A stretch of DNA of 64,000 nt from Vulcanimicrobiota bacterium (GTDB lineage: Bacteria; Vulcanimicrobiota; Vulcanimicrobiia; Vulcanimicrobiales; Vulcanimicrobiaceae): positions 3,783-67,782 of the forward strand of contig DAHUZB010000025.1 in the NCBI GenBank assembly GCA_027306785.1, read 5' to 3'. The notes beneath the pieces are model-generated. The model did not search any database. It was given only the letters and a program-made list of their open reading frames with translations, and was not told the DNA's origin. The position numbers and the translations under genes were made by a program. This document shows, one piece after another, positions 40,243 to 48,150 of this stretch. Position 1 is the first letter of the stretch; every line of letters starts with the position of its first letter.

Positions 40243-41460
40243 CTACGGCGTGGGAAGTTCCACGAGCGATTCGGCCATTCGATCGGCGGCACCCACGTGA
40301 TCGGCATAGAGGGCGCCGAGACGTGCGCGACTCTCGGCGAGCCAGGCGGCATCGTCGTAACGCCCGAGCGCGACGCGCGCTACGCGCCCCGGCGTAAGCG
40401 TGCCGTGCTCTTCGTGGATCAGCGGCGCGGCGGCATCCATGTTCGGCTGCGTGTGGTAGCGGAAGCGCTTGGCGATCGTCACCGCCACACCGCGCTTGAG
40501 CGGCACGCCGATGAGCGGAACGCGATCGAGATAGGTGAAGGGGCCGTTGAACGTGATCTTCTCGGGCGCGTTCATCGGGGTGATCGCGACCATCGGCACG
40601 CCGAGCGCGGCGAGTTCGATCGTCTTGGTGCCGGGCAACGTAACGACCAGCCGCGCGCGCGTGGCCGCGGCGAGCGCGTTGCCAAGCACGGGAAAGCGCA
40701 CGCTGCCGTCGGCGGTTGCGAGGTAGCGGCGATCGCCGTCGTCGATCAATCGCCCCTTCTGCGCCCACACGCGCGGATCGCCGCCGCGCTCGATCGCGCG
40801 CCGCACGTCGGATGCGGGCGTGAAGGGCGAGATGCCGAACGCGATCGGCAGACCCGGACGTTCGCGCGCGATCCGCAGTGCCATCGTAAAGAAGAACGGA
40901 ATCAGGTTCTCCACTTCGTACCCGCGCGATCCGGGCATGATCAGGATCCCGTCGTCGGGCGTGCCCGCCTCGGTCGGCTGTTGCGCTTCGAGCCGTGCGC
41001 CGTCGATCGCGAGGTTGCCGACCGTCACGATGCGCTCGGGCGGCGTTCCCCAGCCGCGCAACTGCTCCACGTTTTTCGCATCGACCGCAAACGCGCGCGC
41101 GATCCGCTCGCGATACGAGGGACGCGAGAACTTGTACGACGCGACCGCGCCGCCGAAGCGCTTGTGTAGACGCATCGCGTGCATCAAATCGCCGCCGAGG
41201 TAGAGCACCGTATCCACGCGATCCGGCAATCCCGGAACCTGCGCGCCGAGCGCGACGCGCAGATACGTCTTCGGGTCGTATACGTGCGCCTGCGGGAAGA
41301 GCCGACGGGCGAGATCGGCTTCGTAGCCGGTCGCGTAGTCGTCGGGCACGCAAAAGAGATGGATCTCGCACCCCGGATCGCGTGCGTAGAGGGCGCGGGC
41401 GAGCGGGCGAAACCAGCCGGCGACTTCGCCCGGACCGTTTGCGGTGATCGCGATGCGCAT
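40243..41460 (-). CDS. Lipid-A-disaccharide synthase-related (GT19-like) protein
   Basis: N-terminal ITANGPGEVAG, ILIMPGSRGYEVENLIP and LPGTKTIELAALGVPMV resemble LpxB and the LpxB-related family. Confidence 0.6.
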   Translation of the reverse strand: MRIAITANGPGEVAGWFRPLARALYARDPGCEIHLFCVPDDYATGYEADLARRLFPQAHVYDPKTYLRVALGAQVPGLPDRVDTVLYLGGDLMHAMRLHKRFGGAVASYKFSRPSYRERIARAFAVDAKNVEQLRGWGTPPERIVTVGNLAIDGARLEAQQPTEAGTPDDGILIMPGSRGYEVENLIPFFFTMALRIARERPGLPIAFGISPFTPASDVRRAIERGGDPRVWAQKGRLIDDGDRRYLATADGSVRFPVLGNALAAATRARLVVTLPGTKTIELAALGVPMVAITPMNAPEKITFNGPFTYLDRVPLIGVPLKRGVAVTIAKRFRYHTQPNMDAAAPLIHEEHGTLTPGRVARVALGRYDDAAWLAESRARLGALYADHVGAADRMAESLVELPTP

Positions 41461-41469
41461 GCGTGCGGC

Positions 41470-41967
41470 CTACGCCGAGTAGCGCGCGATGATCTCGGCG
41501 ATCACGTCGGTCGTGCTGTGACCGGCGACGTGCGGCGCCAAGCGGATCTCGCCGCCGTGCGCGAGCACGATCGTGCGCTCGGGAAGTTCGTCTTCGCGGT
41601 ACTGCGCGCTCTTTACGTGCACGTCGGGCCGAATGCGTTCGAGCGTCACTTCGGGCGTGCGCTCGGCGAAGCCGACCACGACATCGACGCTGCGCAGCGC
41701 GAGCAGCAAGCGCGCGCGATCGGCGAACGGCACGATCGGGCGACGCGGGCCTTTGAGCGCGCGCACCGATTCGTCGCGATTCAATCCCACGATCAGCGCA
41801 TCGCCCTGCGCGCGCGCCCACGCCAGATACTCCACGTGCCCCGCATGCAACACGTCGAAGCAGCCGTTGGTGAAGACCACGCGTTTGCCGGCGGCGCGCA
41901 GCGATTCGCGCCATGACGCGGCGGCGTCGAGATCGAGCAACTCGCCGAAGAAGTTACGCGTGTCCAT
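41470..41967 (-). CDS. hldC: D-glycero-beta-D-manno-heptose 1-phosphate adenylyltransferase (RfaE domain II type)
   Basis: Cytidylyltransferase motif TNGCFDVLHAGH. 165 aa. Confidence 0.85.
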   Translation of the reverse strand: MDTRNFFGELLDLDAAASWRESLRAAGKRVVFTNGCFDVLHAGHVEYLAWARAQGDALIVGLNRDESVRALKGPRRPIVPFADRARLLLALRSVDVVVGFAERTPEVTLERIRPDVHVKSAQYREDELPERTIVLAHGGEIRLAPHVAGHSTTDVIAEIIARYSA

Positions 41968-42937
41968 GTTCTACCAGCGCCAAAATCTCGTCGGCCGACG
42001 CGGTCGCGGTGCCGAGTTTTTCCACTACGGCGCCTGCGGCGAAGTTGGCGAGCTGCATCGCACGATCCATCGACGCACCGGCGGCGAGCGCGAGTGCGAG
42101 CACCGCGATCACCGTGTCGCCCGCGCCCGAAACATCGAAGACTTTGCGCGCGAACGACGGGATGTCGGAGCGTTCGCCCTGCGCGCCGAAGAGCGACATG
42201 CCCGCTTCGCCGCGCGTGATGACGACGTAGCGACAACCGAGATCGGCCAGCAGCTGCGCGCCCGCGCGTTCGAGCGATGCGCGATCGCGAATCGCGATGC
42301 CGGTCGCGGCCGAGGCCTCGTGCACGTTGGGCGCGACGCAGGTGACGCCCGCAAAGAGCGACACGTTCTGCGGCTTCGGATCGGCGAGCACGAGCGGGCA
42401 CACGCTCGCGGCTTCGACGATCTCGCGCGAGAGCAGCCCCTTCGCGTAGTCGCTCAGGATCACCGCGTCGGCGCGCGCCGCGGCTTCGCGCACGTAGGCG
42501 GCGATGCGCTCGCGATCGTGCGGTTCGAGCGGTGCGACACGCTCCCAATCGGCGCGCACCACCTGTTGGTTGTGCGCCACGATGCGCGTCTTGCGCGTGG
42601 TGGGGCGATCGCTTACGGCGAAGACGCCGCGGTCGTCGACCGACTCCTCGCGCAGCATCCGGCGCACGTCGGCGGCGAATGCGTCGTCGCCGATCGCACC
42701 GACGAATTCGACGTTCGCGTCGAGCGCGCGCAGATTGTTCGCCACGTTGCCCGCGCCGCCGAGCGTGAACGAGTGATCGGTCACCGCGACCACCGGCACC
42801 GGTGCTTCGGGCGAGATACGCGAGACCGTTCCCCAGATCCACTCGTCGATCATCAGATCGCCGATCACGAGGATCGAGCGCCCGCGCATGCGCGCGAAGA
42901 GCGTCTGCGCGTCGGGCGCCTGGAGCGCGGCGGTCAC
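41954..42937 (-). CDS. hldA: D-glycero-beta-D-manno-heptose 7-phosphate kinase (RfaE domain I type)
   Basis: Ribokinase-fold motifs (VIGDLMIDEW, DVSGAGDT). Confidence 0.85.
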   Translation of the reverse strand: MTAALQAPDAQTLFARMRGRSILVIGDLMIDEWIWGTVSRISPEAPVPVVAVTDHSFTLGGAGNVANNLRALDANVEFVGAIGDDAFAADVRRMLREESVDDRGVFAVSDRPTTRKTRIVAHNQQVVRADWERVAPLEPHDRERIAAYVREAAARADAVILSDYAKGLLSREIVEAASVCPLVLADPKPQNVSLFAGVTCVAPNVHEASAATGIAIRDRASLERAGAQLLADLGCRYVVITRGEAGMSLFGAQGERSDIPSFARKVFDVSGAGDTVIAVLALALAAGASMDRAMQLANFAAGAVVEKLGTATASADEILALVEHGHA

Positions 42938-43533
42938 TTCAAGCCGTCCTCGAAGATCAGCGTCTGCTCGACGAGATCGCAGATGATGTGGGCCATCACC
43001 TGATGCACTTCTTGCACGATCGCCGCGTAGCCGTCGGGACCGACGAGCGCGTGATCGCTGTACTGCATCACGGTGCCGCCGCCGTTGCCGGTGAACGCGA
43101 TCGTCACGGCGCCCTGCTTCTTGGCCTGTTCGAGCGCGAGCAGAATGTTCTTCGAGGTGCCGCTCGTCGTCATCCCGATCACCACGTCGCCCGGTTGCAC
43201 GAACGCCTGCACCTGACGCGAGAAGACGTAGTCGTAGCCGTAGTCGTTCCCGACGCAGGTGAGCGTGGAGGTGTTCACCGAGAGCGCCTCGCTGTTGAGG
43301 CCGGGGCGTTCGCGCAAGTAGCGGCCGGAGAGTTCGGCGGCCATGTGCTGCGCTTCGGCGGCGCTGCCGCCGTTACCGCACCAGAACACGCGCTTGCCCG
43401 CGCGTAGCGCGGTCACGATCGCATCGACGATTCCGTGCACCTGCGCTTTGTAGTGCGGCGCATCGAGCAGATTGCGCCGGTCGGCGAGCAGCGCGTCGAA
43501 ATCGCGCTGCGCTTTGTAATCGACGTCAGCCAC
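42934..43533 (-). CDS. gmhA: D-sedoheptulose 7-phosphate isomerase
   Basis: SIS-domain motifs CGNGGSAAEAQHMAAEL and TTSGTSKN. Confidence 0.9.
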   Translation of the reverse strand: MADVDYKAQRDFDALLADRRNLLDAPHYKAQVHGIVDAIVTALRAGKRVFWCGNGGSAAEAQHMAAELSGRYLRERPGLNSEALSVNTSTLTCVGNDYGYDYVFSRQVQAFVQPGDVVIGMTTSGTSKNILLALEQAKKQGAVTIAFTGNGGGTVMQYSDHALVGPDGYAAIVQEVHQVMAHIICDLVEQTLIFEDGLK

Positions 43534-43998
43534 TTATTGAATCCAGAAGAGATCTTCGCCCTGTGAAACCAGCTCGCCGTTCTCGGGAATGATGCGCAGG
43601 ATCGTGCCCGCGTAGTCGCTCTGGATCTCGTTGAAGAGCTTCATCGCCTCGAGGATGCAGAGCACCTGACCCGACTCCACGCGATCGCCGACCTTCACGA
43701 ACGCCTCGGCGTCGGGCGAGGGCGAGCGGTAGAACACGCCGGTGAGCGGCGCGGCGACGCGCTTGGCATTGGGGGGCGGTCCGGCCGCGGTATCGGCGGC
43801 GGGCACGGCGGCAGCGGGCGCTCCGGCGGTAGCGGGCATCGCCCCGACTGCCATCGGCGCGACGACCTGCATGCCGGCCTCGCGGCGCACCAATTCGTAG
43901 ATTGCGTCGCCGACCTTCACCTTGATGCGGTCGAGATCGTGCTCGTGCATGATCTCGAGCAGCGAAGCGATCGTGTCGGTCTCGTGTTCGTGTGCCAT
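43534..43998 (-). CDS. accB: Biotin carboxyl carrier protein (AccB-like)
   Basis: Biotinyl-lysine motif CILEAMKLFNEI, with the Ala/Pro linker upstream. Confidence 0.85.
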   Translation of the reverse strand: MAHEHETDTIASLLEIMHEHDLDRIKVKVGDAIYELVRREAGMQVVAPMAVGAMPATAGAPAAAVPAADTAAGPPPNAKRVAAPLTGVFYRSPSPDAEAFVKVGDRVESGQVLCILEAMKLFNEIQSDYAGTILRIIPENGELVSQGEDLFWIQ

Positions 43999-45273
43999 CT
44001 AGCCCTGCTCTTCGCCGAGAGCGGCCGCAAGGTCTCCCGCACGGCCGAGCGGGATGCGGCGATCGGTGCGGGCTTCGAGATCGCGCAGCACCACCTCGCC
44101 CGCGGCGAGCTCGTCGCTGCCGAGGATGAGAGCGTAGCGCGCGTTATTGCGGTCGGCGGCTTTGAGATGCGCGAGCAGCTTGCGATCCTCGTAATCCATG
44201 AAGACCGGCTGCGCGAGGATGCGACGGAGCTCGGTCGCAAGCGGCACGAGCACGCCGCGCGCCTGGGCGCCGAGTGCGATCGCCTGCACGCCCGCGCGGG
44301 GCGCGACCGCATCGCCGTGCAGCGCGTCGAGCATCATCAAAAAGCGTTCGATGCCGAGCGCGAAGCCGACCGCGGGCGTGGCGGGGCCGCCGAGCGAGCT
44401 CACGAGCCCGTCGTAGCGGCCGCCCCCGCAGACCGTGGATTGCGCGCCGAGCGCGCCCGAGATGATCTCGAAGACGGTGCGGGTGTAATAGTCGAGTCCG
44501 CGCACGATCTTCGGGTTCACCACGTACGGAATGTTCGCCGCATCGAGGTAGGCACGCAGCGCGCCGAAGTGCGCGCGGCAGCCGTCGCAGAGAATCGATT
44601 CGAAGGTCGGCGCCGTTTCGACGAAGGGGCGATCGCGATCGTCTTTGCTATCGAGAATGCGCAGCGGATTGCGCTCCAAGCGGCGCTGCGAATCGGGCGA
44701 GAGCGCGTCGAGGTGCGGACGGAAATGCGCGAGCAGCGATTCGCGATAGCGCGGGCGGCACTCGTCGTCGCCGATGGTGTTGATGTTGAGCACCGCGTCG
44801 TCGATGCCGTGCGAGCGCACCAGCTCCCACGCAAGCGAGATCACCTCGAAATCGGCCTCGGGACCGACGAATCCGGTGCACTCCACGCCGAACTGATGTG
44901 CTTGGCGATAGCGTCCCTTCTGCGGGCGCTCGTAGCGGAAGATCGGGCCGACGTAGTACCAGCGTTGCGGACCCTGCGCGAAGAGCTTGTGCTCGAGCGC
45001 GGCGCGCATCACCGGCGCGGTGAATTCGGGACGCAGCGTGATGCTGCGCTCGCCCTTGTCGAGAAATGTGTACATCTCTTTCTCGACGATGTCGGTGGTT
45101 TCGCCGACGCCGCGCACGAAAAGCTCGGTCGATTCGAAGATCGGCGTGCGAATCTCGCCGTAGCCGAAGCGACGGGCGAGATCGTGAATGCGGCGTTCGA
45201 GCGCGAGCCAGCGCGCCGAGATCGGCGGCAGAATATCTTGAGTGCCGCGCGGTGCGGTGATGTGTGACGACAT
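43999..45273 (-). CDS. hisS: Histidyl-tRNA synthetase
   Basis: APRGTQDILP, RGLDYYT and GGGRYD motifs. The start is set at MSSHITAPRGT (ATG complement 45271-45273). Confidence 0.93.
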   Translation of the reverse strand: MSSHITAPRGTQDILPPISARWLALERRIHDLARRFGYGEIRTPIFESTELFVRGVGETTDIVEKEMYTFLDKGERSITLRPEFTAPVMRAALEHKLFAQGPQRWYYVGPIFRYERPQKGRYRQAHQFGVECTGFVGPEADFEVISLAWELVRSHGIDDAVLNINTIGDDECRPRYRESLLAHFRPHLDALSPDSQRRLERNPLRILDSKDDRDRPFVETAPTFESILCDGCRAHFGALRAYLDAANIPYVVNPKIVRGLDYYTRTVFEIISGALGAQSTVCGGGRYDGLVSSLGGPATPAVGFALGIERFLMMLDALHGDAVAPRAGVQAIALGAQARGVLVPLATELRRILAQPVFMDYEDRKLLAHLKAADRNNARYALILGSDELAAGEVVLRDLEARTDRRIPLGRAGDLAAALGEEQG

Positions 45274-45313
45274 GGGCTTCTCCCGGGTTCGCACGGCGCG
45301 GCGCTAATCCTAG

Positions 45314-46468
45314 ATGCGCGCGCGGTGCGCGGGATGGAATGGTATGCGACCTACGATCTACGTCGCCGCCGTGCTCGCCCTTTTCGCCTTTGCGCCGGAA
45401 ACCGCACGCCTGGTGCTGGTCGCCGCCGCGGGCATCCTGATCGAGAGCCTGCCGTACCTGGCCGCCGCGGCGGCGCTGCGCCCGCGGCTCGGCCGCCATG
45501 CGCCCGCGCTGCTGGCCTACGCCGGATGCGGCTGCACGCCGGGACCGAGCGCCCGCAGCCTCCCCGCCGCCCTCGCCTGCACGCTGCTCTTCGGCCCGTG
45601 GGTCGCGCTCGGCCGCGTGGCCCTCGGCACCCTTGCCGCCCGCCTGCCGAGCCCGCATGCCTGCGAGCATGAGCACGCCGACGATCTCGCCGCCGAGCTG
45701 CTGGGGCTCGCCCCCGCGGCGCTGCTGGCGGCCGGGGTGCTCGCGGCCGCGCCGCTGCTCGACTTGGGGCACCGCCCGGCGGCGCTTGCGATCCTGGCCG
45801 GCGCGGCGCTCGGCCTCGGCGCGGGCCCCTGCGCGCTCGGCACGGTCGCGCTCGCGGCCACGCTGCGCACGCAATCGCCGCTCGCCGCCTTCGCCGCGCT
45901 CGCCTGCGGGGGCATGGTCGATCTGCGCCGCTTCGCGCCTCGACTGCCGCGAGCGCCCGGCGGCGGCCTCGCCTATGCGCTGTTGGCCTGCGTCTGCGGA
46001 CTGGTCGCGCTACGGCACGGGGGCGGCATCGTGCATCCGCGTCTCGTGCTGCCGCTCGGCGCGTGCGCCGTGCTCTGCGTCGCGGCGGCGCTGCGCGCGC
46101 GGCGCGCGGAGCGCCCGCACGCCGCCATCGTCGCCGCGGCGCTGCTCGCAGCGGTGGTCGTAGGCGCGCCATTGCCGGTCTATCGGGCAAGCGAAACCAC
46201 GCTCGCCGACGCCTTCGCGGGCGAGCATCTGCGCTTTACCGGTGTCTATCACGCGCAGCCGCATGCCGCGCTCGTGCGCTTCGCGATCACCTGCTGTCGC
46301 GCCGATGCGCATCCGGTCGCGGCGCTGCTGGCATCGCCGGTGCACGCGCGCGATCGCACCTGGCTGCGCGTACGCGGCGTGCTCGCACGACGGGGCGACG
46401 CGCTCGTGCTGGTGCCCTCGCACGTGCAGGCGATCGCGCCGCCGAGCGATCCATTCGTCTACGAGTGA
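45314..46468 (+). CDS. Membrane permease-like protein with a C-terminal DUF1980/TIGR03943-like CC-x-AD domain
   Basis: Multiple TM segments, a CGC motif, and the C-terminal FAITCCRADAHPV, which resembles the YcgQ/TIGR03943 signature. The start could be ATG 45344. Confidence 0.5.
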   Translation: MRARCAGWNGMRPTIYVAAVLALFAFAPETARLVLVAAAGILIESLPYLAAAAALRPRLGRHAPALLAYAGCGCTPGPSARSLPAALACTLLFGPWVALGRVALGTLAARLPSPHACEHEHADDLAAELLGLAPAALLAAGVLAAAPLLDLGHRPAALAILAGAALGLGAGPCALGTVALAATLRTQSPLAAFAALACGGMVDLRRFAPRLPRAPGGGLAYALLACVCGLVALRHGGGIVHPRLVLPLGACAVLCVAAALRARRAERPHAAIVAAALLAAVVVGAPLPVYRASETTLADAFAGEHLRFTGVYHAQPHAALVRFAITCCRADAHPVAALLASPVHARDRTWLRVRGVLARRGDALVLVPSHVQAIAPPSDPFVYE

Positions 46469-46481
46469 GCGCTACGTGCCG
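46454..46481. repeat. 28-bp direct repeat, left copy (TTCGTCTACGAGTGAGCGCTACGTGCCG)
   Basis: Identical at 28 of 28 positions to 48123-48150. It spans the last four codons and stop of the 45314-46468 gene and a minus-strand GT-stop. Confidence 0.9.
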
Positions 46482-46554
46482 GGCAACCGGTAGCCGCCCA
46501 AGCCGTTGATGATGCCGCGCAGGCGGACGGCAAGACTCGTATTGCGGCCGAAGC
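46482..46554 (-). pseudogene. Decayed 3' fragment homologous to the DUF5916 outer-membrane gene
   Basis: It encodes ..TRSFGRNTSLAVRLRGIINGLGGYRLPGT*, compared with ..TRTFGRNTSLAVGLRGINGMGGYGLPGT.. at 48289-48358. Identity is roughly 85-90 percent by eye, with one 3-nt indel. It lacks the 138 nt that follow in the intact gene. Confidence 0.65.
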
Positions 46555-47074
46555 TTCTAGTATATTTTTGCGAAATCCGGCGAGAGATCAGCCAAAATCG
46601 CATTGCCCATGGTGCGTATCGGCCGCAACGGGCGCCCTGCGGTAACCGCATCTTCGGGCGACAGCGTCGTCCACATCGATGCACGTTTAACATCTTGAGA
46701 CCGCAACGGTCGCGACGGCATCACAACACGAGGACAATTGCTACAATTGTGATCGAAAACGTCAGTTAAAGCGTTTTCGCTCAGTCGACTTTTTCACGGG
46801 CCTGCTAGGTCAGGCTAGCCGCATTGGTACCGGCGATGTCTCTTCGTGTCAGGCACTCCGCAGGATTCCACAGAATAATAATGGTAGCGACGCCGCGGGT
46901 GGTCGGGCACGATGCGATGTTATCTTCATAACGTGGAACCGTCGTTTCTCTATGTTCGCTCGCGATGTGGCGCAATTCCGCTGGCACCGCTGGCGCCGTC
47001 AGAAACAGTTTCCGTCTCCGCATTACCCTGAGCCCATCTGGCATTTTCAACTTTCTTGAAGGTGAGATTTTTGA

Positions 47075-47314
47075 ATGGACTTTGAAAAGGCTCTGGTTCA
47101 ACGCAGCAATCGGCGTGCGTTTCTCTCAGCACTCGGCGTAGTCTCCCTTGCAGGCTGCGCCGGAAACGCAACCATGTTATTACCGTCACATCTCAAGAGA
47201 GATATTATTCCGATCCAGCCGGTCATCGGCGGCGGCACTGGGACTGGCGGAACAGGTTCAAACTTGCCGTCCAACTTAGCGACGCTGTCGAACGCGGAGA
47301 TCGCCCCGCTCTGA
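47075..47314 (+). CDS. N-terminal part of a split gene: Tat-like signal, lipobox, Gly/Thr linker, first LxxAxIxx repeat
   Basis: MDFEKALVQRSNRRAFLSALGVVSLAGC.. with AAGGTGA 8-9 nt upstream. The ORF stops at a TGA (47312-47314) in the middle of a repeat motif. Confidence 0.5.
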   Translation: MDFEKALVQRSNRRAFLSALGVVSLAGCAGNATMLLPSHLKRDIIPIQPVIGGGTGTGGTGSNLPSNLATLSNAEIAPL

Positions 47315-47472
47315 CTCGGGCGCAGATCGCGGCCCTAAGTAACGCACAGATCGGATCTCTAGCAGACACCCAGCTCGGTTACGTTACGGCGGCGTCTGCG
47401 TTCCATGGCTCTCAAGCGTCGGCTTTTTTCAAGCGTACCGTCGAGAGCCAATCGGTAGCCCCTCCATTCAAG

Positions 47473-47847
47473 GTGCCGCCTGGAGCTTCCGGGGGCAATA
47501 TCTCCCCGTATGGCTATCAGCCGCCAATGCAGGGCAGTGATTGGTGGGAAGTCGTCGGCTCCACCATCCTGGGCGCGGTCGGCTCTACGGTCGGCTCGGC
47601 ATTCGGCGGAACGGTTGGGGCATATCTCGGCGGCGCTGCCGGCGGACTCCTCGGAACATTTTTGTTTTCGGGCCAAGATGCCCAATTCTGGTTCTTCGAT
47701 TCAAACGTCGGATACTATGACTTCATTGACCTTGGAAATTGGCAGACGGTTCAGAACGTCGTGGGCTGGGACAGTGACGGTTATACCATTGGCGGTTCCT
47801 TCGACCCTAATTCGAACACCGTCACCGTTACAGTAATTGCCAATTAA
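47473..47847 (+). CDS. C-terminal part of the split gene: glycine-zipper membrane segment plus C-terminal domain
   Basis: The track ORF starts at GTG 47473 without a Shine-Dalgarno sequence. However, the frame is open back to 47086 with no ATG, GTG or TTG. From 47311 that frame encodes LTRAQIAALSNAQIGSLADTQL, which continues the repeat of the upstream ORF. Confidence 0.5.
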   Translation: MPPGASGGNISPYGYQPPMQGSDWWEVVGSTILGAVGSTVGSAFGGTVGAYLGGAAGGLLGTFLFSGQDAQFWFFDSNVGYYDFIDLGNWQTVQNVVGWDSDGYTIGGSFDPNSNTVTVTVIAN

Positions 47848-47872
47848 CGACAAGCTCTGAAGGGGTGAAAGC

Positions 47873-48052
47873 GTGCGGAAACGGCAACTCATCGAGGCTG
47901 CAGCATTACTTGGGGCGCCATGGATAGTCGCTCTCGCGCTGTGGTTGGCGTTTAGAAGCGCACCGATGGCAATTGGCACATTTTGCGGTGTGGGTATCTA
48001 TGCCGCCGTGCGCCTCGTCATGCTGTCCAGGCATGCTCATAATGGATCCTGA
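47873..48052 (+). CDS. Small two-TM membrane protein (59 aa, below the ORF-track cutoff)
   Basis: My translation from the GTG at 47873 is VRKRQLIEAAALLGAPWIVALALWLAFRSAPMAIGTFCGVGIYAAVRLVMLSRHAHNGS*. GAAGGGG lies 8-9 nt upstream. It is 25 nt downstream of the glycine-zipper gene. Confidence 0.4.
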   Translation: MRKRQLIEAAALLGAPWIVALALWLAFRSAPMAIGTFCGVGIYAAVRLVMLSRHAHNGS

Positions 48053-48088
48053 ACGAGAACCCTGTATTACCGATATTATCGTTCATTC

Positions 48089-48125
48089 GTGAGGCCCGGG
48101 ATTATATCTCGGGTCTCACTTTTTC
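48089..48125 (+). terminator. Rho-independent terminator closing the islet transcription unit
   Basis: GTGAGGCCCG-(11-nt loop)-CGGGTCTCAC (one G-U pair) followed by TTTTT. Confidence 0.55.
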
Positions 48126-48150
48126 GTCTACGAGTGAGCGCTACGTGCCG
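48123..48150. repeat. 28-bp direct repeat, right copy
   Basis: Identical to 46454-46481. It overlaps the stop codon of the DUF5916 gene. Confidence 0.9.

Noticed and set aside
39244-41169. A 641-aa plus-strand ORF, and the 595-aa minus-strand ORF at 40127-41914.
   Set aside because: Both overlap the conserved GT2, LpxB-related and hldC genes in other frames or on the other strand. Their translations are Arg-rich with no domains I recognise.
46560-47101. ORFs inside the left half of the islet (46506-46769 plus strand, 46805-47101 minus strand, 46950-47189 minus strand), as possible integrase or regulator remnants.
   Set aside because: The translations have no recognisable motifs, no ribosome-binding sites and irregular composition. 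The palindrome ACAATTG-cta-CAATTGT (about 46732-46750) was noted but has no context to interpret.
47701-47979. A 92-aa minus-strand ORF overlapping the glycine-zipper gene and the small two-TM ORF.
   Set aside because: It is antisense to two ORFs that have better start contexts and coherent membrane-protein features, and it has no recognisable features of its own.
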